64,000 bases of DNA from Clostridia bacterium (GTDB taxonomy: Bacteria > Bacillota > Clostridia > Christensenellales > QALW01): positions 605 through 64,604 of the forward strand of contig JAZRTX010000012.1 of the NCBI GenBank assembly GCA_045652205.1, read 5' to 3'. How positions within the stretch are numbered: the stretch's first letter is position 1; every line of letters starts with the position of its first letter. Positions 1 through 10,416 of this stretch are shown here, piece after piece. The notes under the pieces are model-generated. The model was not told where the DNA came from and made no database searches. It was given only the letters and a program-made list of their open reading frames with translations. Position numbers and translations under genes: made by a program.

Positions 1-121
1 CATATACAAGCCATATCAGCGAAGTAACAATTTTATTATATCTGGGCTTGACGAAGAATATGGACATACCAACATGGGAAAGCACAGACAATATCAGTAA
101 AAGTAATGTAAGAGCGTCCAT
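1..121 (-). CDS. N-terminus of a membrane protein, probably the sensor histidine kinase partner of the LytTR regulator (runs off window)
   Basis: Manual translation MDALTLLLLILSVLSHVGMSIFFVKPRYNKIVTSLIWLVY; ATG 4 nt after the LytTR stop with GAGGTGA SD; hydrophobic. Confidence 0.6.
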   Translation of the reverse strand, partial: MDALTLLLLILSVLSHVGMSIFFVKPRYNKIVTSLIWLVY

Positions 122-125
122 TTCA

Positions 126-845
126 TCACCTCATTCCCAAATAGTCCATATAGGCGTTTTTAAGTGTCGGCATAATTCTTCTCGGTACGGCAAGGCATTT
201 GCCGGTTGTCATTTCCACCGTGTCGGAAAGCATTTTTTCAATCTGTTCCAAATTGATAATATAAGTCTTTCCGCAAAGGTAAAACTGCCCGAAGGGAGAT
301 AATTTCTCCCAAAGCTCTGCCTGGGAGATGCGCACCGACGCAGGCTCTCCCTCTGCAAAGCAGATTGTTTGGTTGTGGTTGGCAGACTCACAATAAATGA
401 TATTACCAACAGGGATATTATAATATCCGTTTGCCGTTTTCATCAGCACGGTTTTCGGCTTATCTTGCCCTATGCTGCGCATTGCCTTATCCATCGCAGT
501 AAAAAAATCATCCTTGGTGTAAGGCTTCAACAGATAATGCGTAGCACTCACTCCAAACGCTTCCACAGCGTGATCACGGGAGGAGGTCAGAAAGATTATG
601 GGACTTTCATCGTTTCTCTGTCGAAGCTCAGTCGCAACGCTCACACCCGTTACGCCAGGCATATAAACATCCAAGAGGTATATGTCGTAATGCTCGCCTT
701 TATCAAGCATATCTAAAAAATCAGAGGGATTCTCAAACTGCTCTGCCGAAAAGCGAACATTCCGCAAAGCGGCATATTCCGAGAGAAAAGCTACGGACAT
801 ATCCAAGTATTTTTTCTCGTCGTCGCATATTGCAATTTTAATCAC
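126..845 (-). CDS. LytTR-family response regulator
   Basis: Receiver motifs IAICDD, YLLDVYMP, FLTS, YLLKP; C-terminal LytTR-like IIYCES...YIINL; GTG start chosen by SD. Confidence 0.9.
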   Translation of the reverse strand: MIKIAICDDEKKYLDMSVAFLSEYAALRNVRFSAEQFENPSDFLDMLDKGEHYDIYLLDVYMPGVTGVSVATELRQRNDESPIIFLTSSRDHAVEAFGVSATHYLLKPYTKDDFFTAMDKAMRSIGQDKPKTVLMKTANGYYNIPVGNIIYCESANHNQTICFAEGEPASVRISQAELWEKLSPFGQFYLCGKTYIINLEQIEKMLSDTVEMTTGKCLAVPRRIMPTLKNAYMDYLGMR

Positions 846-1305
846 CTGACCACCTTCTTTCCAACCCATTTATGCGTGAGTATAATTTCGTAAATTACAT
901 TATATCATAAATTCTTTCAAATTTCTACGTGTTTTGATGATTTCACAAAACCACGCTCCGTAAATTCGATTTTATAAACACAAAGCCGGATGAACCTACA
1001 GCGCTCATCCGGCTTTATTTGTGACAGTTTGAATATTTAATTTTGGCTGCAACAGAGTATGTATTTCTGACGCATATCTAGAATGATATTCTGATCCTTT
1101 CTAAAACCGCCCCAAAACCCGTTTTTAACACCAATGCGTCGGGTGGGGCAAACCAGCGAAAACCCTAGTATTTATGCGGGTTTTAGGCGGTTTGCCCTAT
1201 TATAACGCATTCCTCTATACGTCGTACAATATTTCCTCCTTTACAGTCACAAGACAAAATGCTATAATATAGTCATAAAACATTACTAAAAACCGAGGCA
1301 AAAAA

Positions 1306-2025
1306 ATGTACGAAAACATAAAAGTTATCGCGATGGATCTTGATGGCACATTAACGCAACACAAAACTCCTTTAAGCGCAGAACACAGGCAGGCTTTAAC
1401 CGACCTTTCAAAAAAATATAAGCTTTTAATGGTTGGTGCAGGACAGGTAATGCGTATTTTCAATCAGTTAGAAGCGTTCCCTATTGATATTATCGGCAAT
1501 TACGGTATGCAGTACGGTGTTTATAACGAAAAAACCAAAAGCATTGATATTTTAAAGGATATTTCTGCACCTTGCAACAAGGAACAGGTAACTGAAAAAA
1601 TTAACCTTATGCGCAAAAAATACGGCTTTGAAAAATACAGTGGTGAAACCGTTGAGTTTCATCCATCAGGCTGCGTTACTTTTCCCATATTAGGCACAAA
1701 AGCCAAACAAGAAGACAAGTTAGCTTTTGATCCTGACAGAATAAAACGCAGAAAAATCTATAATGACGTTGTTGAAACTTTTTCCGATTATTGTGTTTTC
1801 GTTGGCGGTTCATCTTCCTTTGATATGGCGCCAAAGCCTTATAACAAATATTACGCCCTTGATTTATATTGCAAGGAAAACGGATTTAAACATAGTGAAA
1901 TTCTTTATATCGGTGATGATTACGGTTTAGGCGGAAACGATGAATCCGTTTATAAATCGGATTTTCCCTATTTGACTATTGATAATTACCTTGATTTCCC
2001 TGAAAAAGTTTCGGTATTAAAGTAA
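1306..2025 (+). CDS. HAD-IIB hydrolase, eukaryote-type phosphomannomutase-like
   Basis: DLDGTLT motif I; VGGSSSFD; YIGD...GGNDE motif. Confidence 0.8.
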   Translation: MYENIKVIAMDLDGTLTQHKTPLSAEHRQALTDLSKKYKLLMVGAGQVMRIFNQLEAFPIDIIGNYGMQYGVYNEKTKSIDILKDISAPCNKEQVTEKINLMRKKYGFEKYSGETVEFHPSGCVTFPILGTKAKQEDKLAFDPDRIKRRKIYNDVVETFSDYCVFVGGSSSFDMAPKPYNKYYALDLYCKENGFKHSEILYIGDDYGLGGNDESVYKSDFPYLTIDNYLDFPEKVSVLK

Positions 2026-2052
2026 AAAAGCGGAGTTTTTACTCCGCTTTTT
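2024..2052. terminator. Bidirectional intrinsic terminator
   Basis: AAAAAGCGGAGT-ttt-TACTCCGCTTTTT hairpin between convergent genes. Confidence 0.75.
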
Positions 2053-3400
2053 CTTTCATTATTTTCCCTTTGCTGAACACAAAAAACATTATGCATAAAA
2101 ACAGGTTGTGGGCTATCATACAGCCCCAGGCTGAAACAAGGCCAAGGCTTAAAAACTGTGTACAAATAAACGTTCCTAAAATACGGATGCCCCACATCCC
2201 CAGAACGTTATAGATAAAGGGTTCCATTGTTTTGCCCATACCTTGAAGAATACCTTCAATAATAATTGCAACGCCAAAGAAGGGTTCGCTTATGGCAACC
2301 ATTCTTAAAACCGTTACGCCTAAAAGTTTAACTGCTTCATCTTGCGTAAACAGGCTGACTATTGGTGGCGCACTTACAAATAGCAAACCACCTGAGATAA
2401 TCATTAAAATAATTTCAATAACCGTAAACTGTTTAGTAAGCTTTTGTAATTTTTCATAATTGCCTTCGCCAACGGCGTTACCTGAAAGGGTTGCCGCTGC
2501 CGCCTGCATACCGTAGCCGGGGATATAAAACAAGGATTCAACGGTGTTTGCAACTGTGTGAGCCGCGGTAGAAACTTCGCCTAAGGAATTTATCATTGAA
2601 GCAAATATAACGTAGCCAAAGGAAGTTGCAAATCTTTGCAGCATATTAGGCAGTGCCACCTTTAAGCAAGGCAGTAATATTTTTTTATCAGGCAAGATTG
2701 TTTCGTTTTTAGGTGAAATAACAGGGTGTTTATATAACGCAACCGTAGTTAACACACCACCGACTAAAAAGGCTATTGCGCTGGCTGACGCGGCGCCTTC
2801 AACGCCTAATCCCAAGCCTAAAATCTTAACAGAATTATTAAAGACAACTACGTTTCTTGTTGGATAAATGAAAATAAAATTAAGTATAACATTTATTAAG
2901 TTTACAAAGGCACCGATTTTCATCGGGGTTTTAGTATCCCCTGCCGCCCTTAAAACTGTTGAAAATATAGTAGTTGCGCACCTGAAAAGCATTGGTGTAT
3001 AAAGTATAAAAAAGTATCGTGAAGCAATACCCTGTATATCCTTTTCTACCTGCATCCAAAGGGGTACAAATTTACTTAATCCCAAGGTTAACGCGGTAAA
3101 TACAACACCTGCAACAAGTGTAATAAACACCGCCTGCGCGCTTGCTTTTTGCGCTCTTTTTATATCCTTTGCCCCAAGCGCCTTTGCAATATAGGATAAA
3201 AATCCTATGCTGATTGCTGAAACACAAGAAAACACAAGCCAGTTTACCGTAGTGGTTGCGCCTACCGCCGCAGTTGCCTGCGTTCCAAGTGCGCCAACCA
3301 TAATTATATCCACGTACTGAACGATGGTTTGCATTAACTGTTCAAGCATTGTAGGCCAGGCAAGTTTTAATATAGTTTTTGCCGTACTGTTTGTTTTCAT
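2039..3400 (-). CDS. MATE family efflux transporter
   Basis: 453 aa, many TM segments, LAWP, RAAGDTKTPM, LGVEGAA motifs. Confidence 0.93.
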   Translation of the reverse strand: MKTNSTAKTILKLAWPTMLEQLMQTIVQYVDIIMVGALGTQATAAVGATTTVNWLVFSCVSAISIGFLSYIAKALGAKDIKRAQKASAQAVFITLVAGVVFTALTLGLSKFVPLWMQVEKDIQGIASRYFFILYTPMLFRCATTIFSTVLRAAGDTKTPMKIGAFVNLINVILNFIFIYPTRNVVVFNNSVKILGLGLGVEGAASASAIAFLVGGVLTTVALYKHPVISPKNETILPDKKILLPCLKVALPNMLQRFATSFGYVIFASMINSLGEVSTAAHTVANTVESLFYIPGYGMQAAAATLSGNAVGEGNYEKLQKLTKQFTVIEIILMIISGGLLFVSAPPIVSLFTQDEAVKLLGVTVLRMVAISEPFFGVAIIIEGILQGMGKTMEPFIYNVLGMWGIRILGTFICTQFLSLGLVSAWGCMIAHNLFLCIMFFVFSKGKIMKEKAE

Positions 3401-3447
3401 TTATTTTCCTTAAAAATTACCCCAAAGAAGACCTTTGGGGTAAATTC

Positions 3448-5202
3448 TTATTTATTTGCTTTTTTCTTTTTAACAATAATTACTACTGCTGTGGTTGCAG
3501 CCGCTAAAACAACCGCACCGCCAATGATAAAGTACAAAGTGTAATTACCTTTAACTTCAACGTTTTGTGGATCGTCAACACCGCCAACTTGTGAAGTTGT
3601 TTCCGGTGCATCGGTAGCACTTACATTTGGTGTTGTTGCTTCGGTTGAAGTGGGCGTCTGCGTTGGTGCAGGTGTTGGTACAGGGGTTGGTGTTGCAATC
3701 CCTGCTTCTTCTAAGGAAGCGTATATTTTAGTAAGTTTAAACGCAACGCTGGGCAATTCGGTACTGCTACCTAAATTAGCAACGTATTGTAAATCGCCCT
3801 TGCCTTCGGGATAATCAACGAATGCCAATAATTCAAGGCCGTAACCAATTTCTTTTACGTTGCCTTTGGTTTTAATTAAAACTTCATTTTTACTGATAAT
3901 TTCTGCCTGGGTTGCTTTTTCGTTTAACCAGAATCCTGAAAGTGTTTTGTGCTGACCTATTACTTTAAGACCATCGCCAACGTTTTTGAATCTGATAACT
4001 ACGCCCTGGTCAGTTTTATATGCAAATTCAGGCATTGGTGAAGTTACGTAATTTTCATCTCCAATATTGTAAAGGCGTGCTAATGCAAGGTTTGCAAGGC
4101 GCTCGCCAACAGGTTTCTTATAGTTAGGATGTGCCCAATCGCTATCTTTTTTGCGATAGCCCTGATCCATTGAAACAACCATTCCTGAGTTTTTGATAAC
4201 CTTTAATCCATCAAACTGAACTGCACGTTGCTGACCTGTACCTTTCCAATCAGATACGGTATGTGAAGAAAGCTGAACGTAATAAAATGGGAAATCCTGA
4301 TCCATTTTATCTCTTATATCTTCAACGTAAACGTTAAGGTATTCATTATATTTTCCGTAATCAGTCAATGCAAGACCGTTTTCACTTTCGCCCTGATAAT
4401 ATATCATACCTTTAATTTTAGTATTGATAAACGGGGACATAAGCGCATTATAAATACCGGATGCAGGAATATCCTTACTGCCTTTAACGTAGCCTGACTT
4501 CTGACCGGCTTCCTTGCTCATAAGCTCGCTTACAGGTGAACCGCCACAGGAAACGTTGATTACACCAACAGGTACGCCTGTTTCCTTATTTATCTTATGT
4601 GCAAAGAAAAAGCCAAGGGCAGAAAACTTTTTAGCAACCTGATAAGTTTCCTTTTCCCACTTTTTGCCCGGTATAACGTCCTTTTGCGGTTCAGTCATGT
4701 ATTTGCCTGCTTCCGTCATTGCATCGGCTTTTGCCTGTTGGAAATAACGGATCTGACCGTTAGCCTCACTTACAATATCCTTGATTTCATTGATTTTGTA
4801 TGCGGCATCGCAATTGTTTAATAATTTTGCGGCGTTGGACTGACCGTTTAAAATATAAACGTCACCAACCAAAATGCCTGTACGGGTTTCGGTATAATCA
4901 CCCATTTTGACAGTAAGAGTGTTTTCGTTTTTATCTGCCGCCATTTTAGGTAATTTTACAAGCCAGTTTCCGTTATCATCAACCTTGCCCGTAACGGTGT
5001 TACCTTTAAAAGAAACGGTGATGGTTTCGCCTTTTTTATTGCTCCAACCCCAAATGTTAACTTCTGTATCCCTTTGAAGTACCATATCGTTACCGATAGC
5101 GCCTGATATAGTAAAGGGTGCCTGCGTTTGTGCAGAAACAAAAACAGCAGTTGAGCTAATCACCATTATTACAATAAGAACAACTGAAAAAATTTTTTGC
5201 AT
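3448..5202 (-). CDS. Surface-anchored sialate O-acetylesterase-like (SASA) carbohydrate esterase
   Basis: Signal peptide, DMVLQR, GQSN, YYQGES, HPNYKKPVGERLA; Pro/Thr linker, C-terminal TM and KKKK. Confidence 0.85.
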   Translation of the reverse strand: MQKIFSVVLIVIMVISSTAVFVSAQTQAPFTISGAIGNDMVLQRDTEVNIWGWSNKKGETITVSFKGNTVTGKVDDNGNWLVKLPKMAADKNENTLTVKMGDYTETRTGILVGDVYILNGQSNAAKLLNNCDAAYKINEIKDIVSEANGQIRYFQQAKADAMTEAGKYMTEPQKDVIPGKKWEKETYQVAKKFSALGFFFAHKINKETGVPVGVINVSCGGSPVSELMSKEAGQKSGYVKGSKDIPASGIYNALMSPFINTKIKGMIYYQGESENGLALTDYGKYNEYLNVYVEDIRDKMDQDFPFYYVQLSSHTVSDWKGTGQQRAVQFDGLKVIKNSGMVVSMDQGYRKKDSDWAHPNYKKPVGERLANLALARLYNIGDENYVTSPMPEFAYKTDQGVVIRFKNVGDGLKVIGQHKTLSGFWLNEKATQAEIISKNEVLIKTKGNVKEIGYGLELLAFVDYPEGKGDLQYVANLGSSTELPSVAFKLTKIYASLEEAGIATPTPVPTPAPTQTPTSTEATTPNVSATDAPETTSQVGGVDDPQNVEVKGNYTLYFIIGGAVVLAAATTAVVIIVKKKKANK

Positions 5203-5303
5203 TTTGCGTCTCCTTTAAATAAAATCTGCAAGAATTATACAATATAAAAGCAAGTAGTGTCAACCTTCTGCCATAAAAAAAGTAAAATTTACAAAAATAA
5301 TGT

Positions 5304-5385
5304 TTGCAATTTGTTTATATATATGGTATTATACTATTGTAATACTTCGTTGTAAGAGTGGGCGTGCATCCCACTCTTACTTTTT
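5304..5385 (+). promoter_or_regulatory. SigA promoter and leader attenuator hairpin of the rimP-nusA operon
   Basis: TTGCAA-17-TATTAT (5304-5332); stem GTAAGAGTGGG/CCCACTCTTAC plus T-run. Confidence 0.7.
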
Positions 5386-5400
5386 GAAAGCAGGTTTTTT

Positions 5401-5859
5401 ATGGCTGACGTTAGTTTAATTGCAGGCAATGCCGCAAAAGAAATTATTGAAAATTTAGGCTTTGAAATGGCGGACGTTGAGTACGTTCGGGAAGACGGGC
5501 AGATGTGCCTTAACTTTTATATCCGCAGTAAGCAGGGCGTAAATATTGACGACTGCGAAACTGTTTCCCGCGCTATTGACGAAGCAGTTGAAAACGCTAA
5601 CCCCACAGGCAACAAGCCTTACTGCCTTTGCGTAAGCACCTGGGGTGACCGCCCGTTAAAAAACGATGCTGATTTTGATTTCTTTTTAGACGTTTTAGTG
5701 GAAGTTAAAATCAAAAAAGCAATTTCGGGAAAAAAGAAAAAATTTGTTGGCTTATTAAAATCTTTTGATAACGAAACAGTTACCGTTTTAGTTGACGATG
5801 AACTCGTTTCATTTGAAAAAACAAACATTGATATTATTAGACCGTATATCGGTTTTTAA
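5401..5859 (+). CDS. rimP: Ribosome maturation factor RimP
   Basis: GVNIDDCETVSR, DRPL; first gene of the nusA operon. Confidence 0.92.
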   Translation: MADVSLIAGNAAKEIIENLGFEMADVEYVREDGQMCLNFYIRSKQGVNIDDCETVSRAIDEAVENANPTGNKPYCLCVSTWGDRPLKNDADFDFFLDVLVEVKIKKAISGKKKKFVGLLKSFDNETVTVLVDDELVSFEKTNIDIIRPYIGF

Positions 5860-5898
5860 AAACTAATATTGCCTAAAATTTGGCAGAATGGAGAAATT

Positions 5899-6981
5899 AT
5901 GAATCCGGAAATTATTAACGCAATCAGAATGCTTGAAGAGGAAAAAGGCATTGATGCCGAAATGCTGTTTGAATCCGTTGAACTTGCAATGGTTTCAGCA
6001 TACCGCAAGGTACGCGATTTCAGTGATGCCGCTACAATTATCGCCCGCATGAACAGGGAAACCGGCGAAGTTAAATGCTATATCGTTAAAACGGTTGTTG
6101 AAGACGTTTACGATAATCTTTTAGAAATTTCTTTGGAAGATGCAGTAAAAATCAACCCAGGCGTTCAGCTTGATGAAACTGTTGAAGTTGAAGACACACC
6201 TGAAAACTATGGTAAGATCGGCGCTTCAACTGCAAGGCAGGTTATTACACAGCGCTTACGTGAAGCCGAAAAGGGCAAAATGCTTTCTGAATATTCAGAT
6301 AAAACAGGCGAAATTATGACCGCCGTTGTTCAGAGGGTTGAAAACGACTACGTTTACGTTTCACTTGGTTCATTAGAAGGTGTTATTCCTCCAAAGGAAC
6401 AGATTCCTACTGAAAAATACGTTCCCGGTGCAAGAATTAAAGTTTACGTTTCACAGGTTAAAAAGGCACAACACGGTGCAACAGTTACAGTTTCACGTGC
6501 TGATTCAGGCCTTATTAAACGTTTATTTGAACTTGAAGTTCCTGAAATTGCAAACGGCACAGTTGTAATTAAATCAATTTCACGTGATGCAGGTTCAAGA
6601 ACAAAAATTGCAGTTTATTCAGAAGATCCAAGCGTTGATCCGTTAGGTGCTTGCGTTGGTCCCAAGGGCGTACGCGTTGCCAACATTGTAAACGAAATCA
6701 ACGGTGAAAAAATTGATATTATTAAGTGGAGCGAAGATCCCGTTACTTACCTTGCAAACGCATTAAGTCCTTCAAAGGTGCTTCTTGTTCGTATTGATTC
6801 ATTAGAACCCAAGAAAAAGGCTACTGCCGTTGTTCCTGACGATCAGCTTTCACTTGCTATCGGCAAGCGCGGTCAGAACGCTATGCTTTGCGCCCACTTG
6901 ACAGGTTGGAACATTGATATTAAATCCGAATCTCAGGCTGCTGAAATTTTAGATGGCGGAGATGAAGATATTGAAGACTAA
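5899..6981 (+). CDS. nusA: Transcription factor NusA
   Basis: LFELEVPEI, GACVGPKG, SLAIGKRGQN; ATG 5899 has SD. Confidence 0.97.
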   Translation: MNPEIINAIRMLEEEKGIDAEMLFESVELAMVSAYRKVRDFSDAATIIARMNRETGEVKCYIVKTVVEDVYDNLLEISLEDAVKINPGVQLDETVEVEDTPENYGKIGASTARQVITQRLREAEKGKMLSEYSDKTGEIMTAVVQRVENDYVYVSLGSLEGVIPPKEQIPTEKYVPGARIKVYVSQVKKAQHGATVTVSRADSGLIKRLFELEVPEIANGTVVIKSISRDAGSRTKIAVYSEDPSVDPLGACVGPKGVRVANIVNEINGEKIDIIKWSEDPVTYLANALSPSKVLLVRIDSLEPKKKATAVVPDDQLSLAIGKRGQNAMLCAHLTGWNIDIKSESQAAEILDGGDEDIED

Positions 6982-7234
6982 AAAAATACCTATGCGTATG
7001 TGTTCAGGTTGCCGCGAATCAAAGCCAAAAAGCGAACTTATACGCGTTGTAAGAACGCCTGAAGGTAACATTATCGTTGATAAAACGGGAAAAGTTTCCG
7101 GGCGCGGTGCATACCTTTGTAAAAATGAGGAATGCTTTAAAAAAAGCGTTAAATCAAAAGCTCTTTCCCGCGCATTAGAGGTTAATATTAACGACGACGT
7201 TTTTCAGGCGATCGCAAAGGAGATAAATGGTTAA
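6962..7234 (+). CDS. ylxR: YlxR family RNA-binding protein
   Basis: PMRMC, LIRVV, GRGAYLC; synteny. Confidence 0.92.
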   Translation: MKILKTKKIPMRMCSGCRESKPKSELIRVVRTPEGNIIVDKTGKVSGRGAYLCKNEECFKKSVKSKALSRALEVNINDDVFQAIAKEING

Positions 7235-7553
7235 GATTAACGAAAACCAGCGTATCCTTTCCTATTTAGGCTTTGCAAAAAAAGCAGGCAAGCTTGTTTC
7301 AGGGCAAGGCAACTGCGAAAATGCAATAAAAAGCAATAAGGCTCTGCTTATTTTATTAAGCGGTGACGTAAGCGAAAACACTAAAAAGCATTTTTCCGAT
7401 ATGGCGATATACAGAAACGTTCCCATATATATGTTTTCGCAAGATGGGCTTGGCGCTGCCATAGGCAAGGAAGAACACAAAACGGTAGTTATTACCGACA
7501 AAGGCTTTAGTGAAGCCATAATTAAAGAGATAAACCTGATAATTGGGGGTTAA
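7227..7553 (+). CDS. ylxQ: L7Ae/YlxQ family RNA-binding protein
   Basis: LGFAKKAGKLVSG, LGAAIGK; synteny. Confidence 0.9.
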   Translation: MVKINENQRILSYLGFAKKAGKLVSGQGNCENAIKSNKALLILLSGDVSENTKKHFSDMAIYRNVPIYMFSQDGLGAAIGKEEHKTVVITDKGFSEAIIKEINLIIGG

Positions 7554-7556
7554 AAT

Positions 7557-10055
7557 ATGTCTAAAGCATCAGATATTCACGCTTCAAGCATTGAATTGCT
7601 TGAAAAAATCAAAAACGCTAAGGAAATCCTTTCGGCACAGAAAAAAGCATTAGCCGATAAGGATGCACTTTTACGCAAAAAAGCTGAAGAAGAACGCCTT
7701 TTAAAAGAAAAGCAGGAACAGGAAGAAGCAAGGCGTGCTTACGAAGAACAACGCGCAAAAGAAGAAGCGGAAGAATTAAAGAAAGAACAGGAAGAAGCTG
7801 CCCGTATAAAAGCTGAAGAAGAAGCTAAAGCTAAAAAGGAAGCTGCTCCTAAAAAAGAAGAAAAACAGGAAGTTAAAAAATCCCCTGAAAACAAGGGCTT
7901 TAAAAAGCCTGATCAGCAGGGCTATCAGAATGCTCAGGCTGACAGACGTAATAAAGATCAAAGGGGCGATAAACCCTTTAACAAAAACAGGGATAACTTT
8001 AATAAAAACGACGATAAGGGCGAAAATCGTAATCAGGAAAGAAAGCCTCAGCAGAAACCGCGCATGGCACCTGCTCCTGTTTTGCCTACTGCTGAAAAGG
8101 AACGCGTAAGCAATTACGATCCTAACAAGAAAAGCTATCGTAAAAACCACGATAACGAACAACAGCCTAAGCAGAATAAAAAGGAAAATGCACGCCGTCA
8201 GCAGAACTTTAACGCTGATGATGAGGATTATTTCCGCGTACGCAAGCCTAAGAAAGAAAAGAAAGAAGCTAAGCGCGAAATTGCACCTATCGTTATTGAA
8301 AGTGCAGTTATGACAACGGAAAATATCGGCATTAAGGATCTTTCTGAAAAATTAGGCAAGCCTGCGGCTGATATCGTTAAAAAGTTATTTATGATGGGCA
8401 TTATGGCAACGGTAAACCAGGATATTGATTACGAAACTGCATTTATGGTTGCTTCCGAATACGGTATTGAGCTTGAACAAAAGCTTACAAAGACCTTTGA
8501 AGATACTCTTATTGACGTAACAGACGAAGGCGATAAAGACGGTGAAGGCTACGTTACACGTCCCCCTGTTGTTACCATTATGGGTCACGTTGACCACGGT
8601 AAAACGTCACTTCTTGACGCTATCCGCCACGCCAACGTTACCGCAGGCGAAGCAGGCGGTATTACACAGCACATCGGTGCTTATCAGGTTGAAGCAAACG
8701 GTAAAAAGATTACCTTTATTGACACCCCCGGTCACGAAGCATTTACTTCAATGCGTGCCCGCGGTGCACAGTCAACCGATATTGCAATCTTAGTTGTTGC
8801 CGCTGATGACGGCGTTATGCCCCAGACCATTGAATCCATCAGCCATGCTAAAGCGGCAGGCGTTCCTATGATTGTTGCTGTAAACAAAATGGATAAGCCC
8901 ACTGCTGACCCTGACAGAGTTAAAACCGAACTTACACAGCACGGTATCGTGCCTGAAGATTGGGGCGGAGATACTATTATAGTTCCTGTTTCCGCTTATA
9001 CAAAACAAGGTATTGACGACCTTTTAGAAAACATTCTTCTTGTTGCAGAAGTTGAAGATTACAAGGCTAATCCCGACCTTATGGCAAGGGGTATTATCAT
9101 TGAAGCCCGTCTTGATAAAGGTCGCGGACCTGTTGCTTCCGTTTTAGTTCAGAACGGTACTTTAAAGGTTGGCGATACCATCGTTGCAGGTACGGTGTTT
9201 GGCCGTGTTCGTGCTATGATGAACGATAAGGGTGAAAAATTAACCGTTGCACCGCCTTCAACACCTGTTGAAGTTTTAGGTTTAAACGAAGTTCCCGAAA
9301 CAGGCGATCAGCTTTATGCAACTGAAGACGACAGACTTTCACGTCAGGTTGCAGAAGAGCGCAGAGATAAAATTAAGATTCAGCAGGCTAAGGCAAAAGC
9401 CAAGGCTTCACTTGACGACCTTTTTGCACAGATTCAGGAAGGCGAATTAAAACAGCTTAACCTTATTATTAAGGCTGACGTTATGGGTTCAGTTGAAGCA
9501 GTTAAGCAGGCACTTGAAAAGTTATCTAACGAAGAAGTTAAAGTTACTGCTATCCACGGCGCAGTAGGTGCTATTACTTCAAGTGACGTTGCCTTAGCAC
9601 AGGCTTCAAACGCTATTATTATCGGCTTTAACGTTCGCCCTGATGCTACAGCAAGAACAATGGCTGAACAGGAAAAGGTTGACATTCGCTTATATCGTAT
9701 TATTTACGATGCTATTGAAGACGTTGAAAAGGCTATGAAAGGTATGCTTGCACCTGAATTCAAGGAAGTTATCCTTGGCCACGCAGAAGTTCGCCAGACC
9801 TTTAAGGTTCCCGGTCACGGCACAGTTGCAGGTTCATACGTTACTGACGGTAAGATTACCCGCCAGAGCAAGTTAAGGCTTTTAAGAGATAACATTGTTA
9901 TTCACGAAGGTGAAGTTGAATCCTTAAGAAGATTTAAAGATGACGTTAAGGAAGTTGCAACCGGTTACGAATGCGGTATTGGTATCGTAGGCTACAACGA
10001 CATTAAGGAAAAAGACGTTATTGAAGCTTTCATAATGGAAGAAATCGCAAGATAA
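7557..10055 (+). CDS. infB: Translation initiation factor IF-2
   Basis: [20 protein letters not shown]; charged N-terminus. Confidence 0.99.
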   Translation: MSKASDIHASSIELLEKIKNAKEILSAQKKALADKDALLRKKAEEERLLKEKQEQEEARRAYEEQRAKEEAEELKKEQEEAARIKAEEEAKAKKEAAPKKEEKQEVKKSPENKGFKKPDQQGYQNAQADRRNKDQRGDKPFNKNRDNFNKNDDKGENRNQERKPQQKPRMAPAPVLPTAEKERVSNYDPNKKSYRKNHDNEQQPKQNKKENARRQQNFNADDEDYFRVRKPKKEKKEAKREIAPIVIESAVMTTENIGIKDLSEKLGKPAADIVKKLFMMGIMATVNQDIDYETAFMVASEYGIELEQKLTKTFEDTLIDVTDEGDKDGEGYVTRPPVVTIMGHVDHGKTSLLDAIRHANVTAGEAGGITQHIGAYQVEANGKKITFIDTPGHEAFTSMRARGAQSTDIAILVVAADDGVMPQTIESISHAKAAGVPMIVAVNKMDKPTADPDRVKTELTQHGIVPEDWGGDTIIVPVSAYTKQGIDDLLENILLVAEVEDYKANPDLMARGIIIEARLDKGRGPVASVLVQNGTLKVGDTIVAGTVFGRVRAMMNDKGEKLTVAPPSTPVEVLGLNEVPETGDQLYATEDDRLSRQVAEERRDKIKIQQAKAKAKASLDDLFAQIQEGELKQLNLIIKADVMGSVEAVKQALEKLSNEEVKVTAIHGAVGAITSSDVALAQASNAIIIGFNVRPDATARTMAEQEKVDIRLYRIIYDAIEDVEKAMKGMLAPEFKEVILGHAEVRQTFKVPGHGTVAGSYVTDGKITRQSKLRLLRDNIVIHEGEVESLRRFKDDVKEVATGYECGIGIVGYNDIKEKDVIEAFIMEEIAR

Positions 10056-10065
10056 GGAGATTTTA

Positions 10066-10416
10066 ATGCAATATAAACGTTCTGACAGGCTTGGGCTTGA
10101 AATTCAGCGAGCCCTTGCCGATATTATTAGAAACGATCTTCACGACCAAAGGGTAAGCACCCTTGCAAGCATTGTTAAGGTTGAACTTTCAAACGATCTT
10201 TCCTATTGCAAGGTTTATATTACCGTTTACGGCACCGATGAAGAAAAAGAAAACACTTTTATCGGCTTAGAAAAGGCAAAAGGCTTTATTAAAAGACAGC
10301 TTTCAGGTATGGTAAAAATGAGAAAAATGCCTGAAATCACCTTTGTGCCTGATGATTCTATTGCTTACAGTATTCACATAAGTGAAATACTTAACAAAAT
10401 CAATGAGGAAAAATAA
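10066..10416 (+). CDS. rbfA: Ribosome-binding factor A
   Basis: DLSYCKVY, RKMPEITF-DDS; synteny. Confidence 0.95.
   Translation: MQYKRSDRLGLEIQRALADIIRNDLHDQRVSTLASIVKVELSNDLSYCKVYITVYGTDEEKENTFIGLEKAKGFIKRQLSGMVKMRKMPEITFVPDDSIAYSIHISEILNKINEEK

Larger units (their letters stand above)
1..1220. mobile_element. Probable terminal portion of an integrated element
   Basis: Codon style differs from core, TCGA present (621, 966), imperfect inverted repeat 1103-1121/1177-1193, truncated host ORF at 1215-1229; no integrase in window. Confidence 0.45.

Noticed and set aside
1215-1463. 82-aa minus-strand ORF
   Set aside because: Mostly antisense to the HAD gene; only the last four codons follow a real SD
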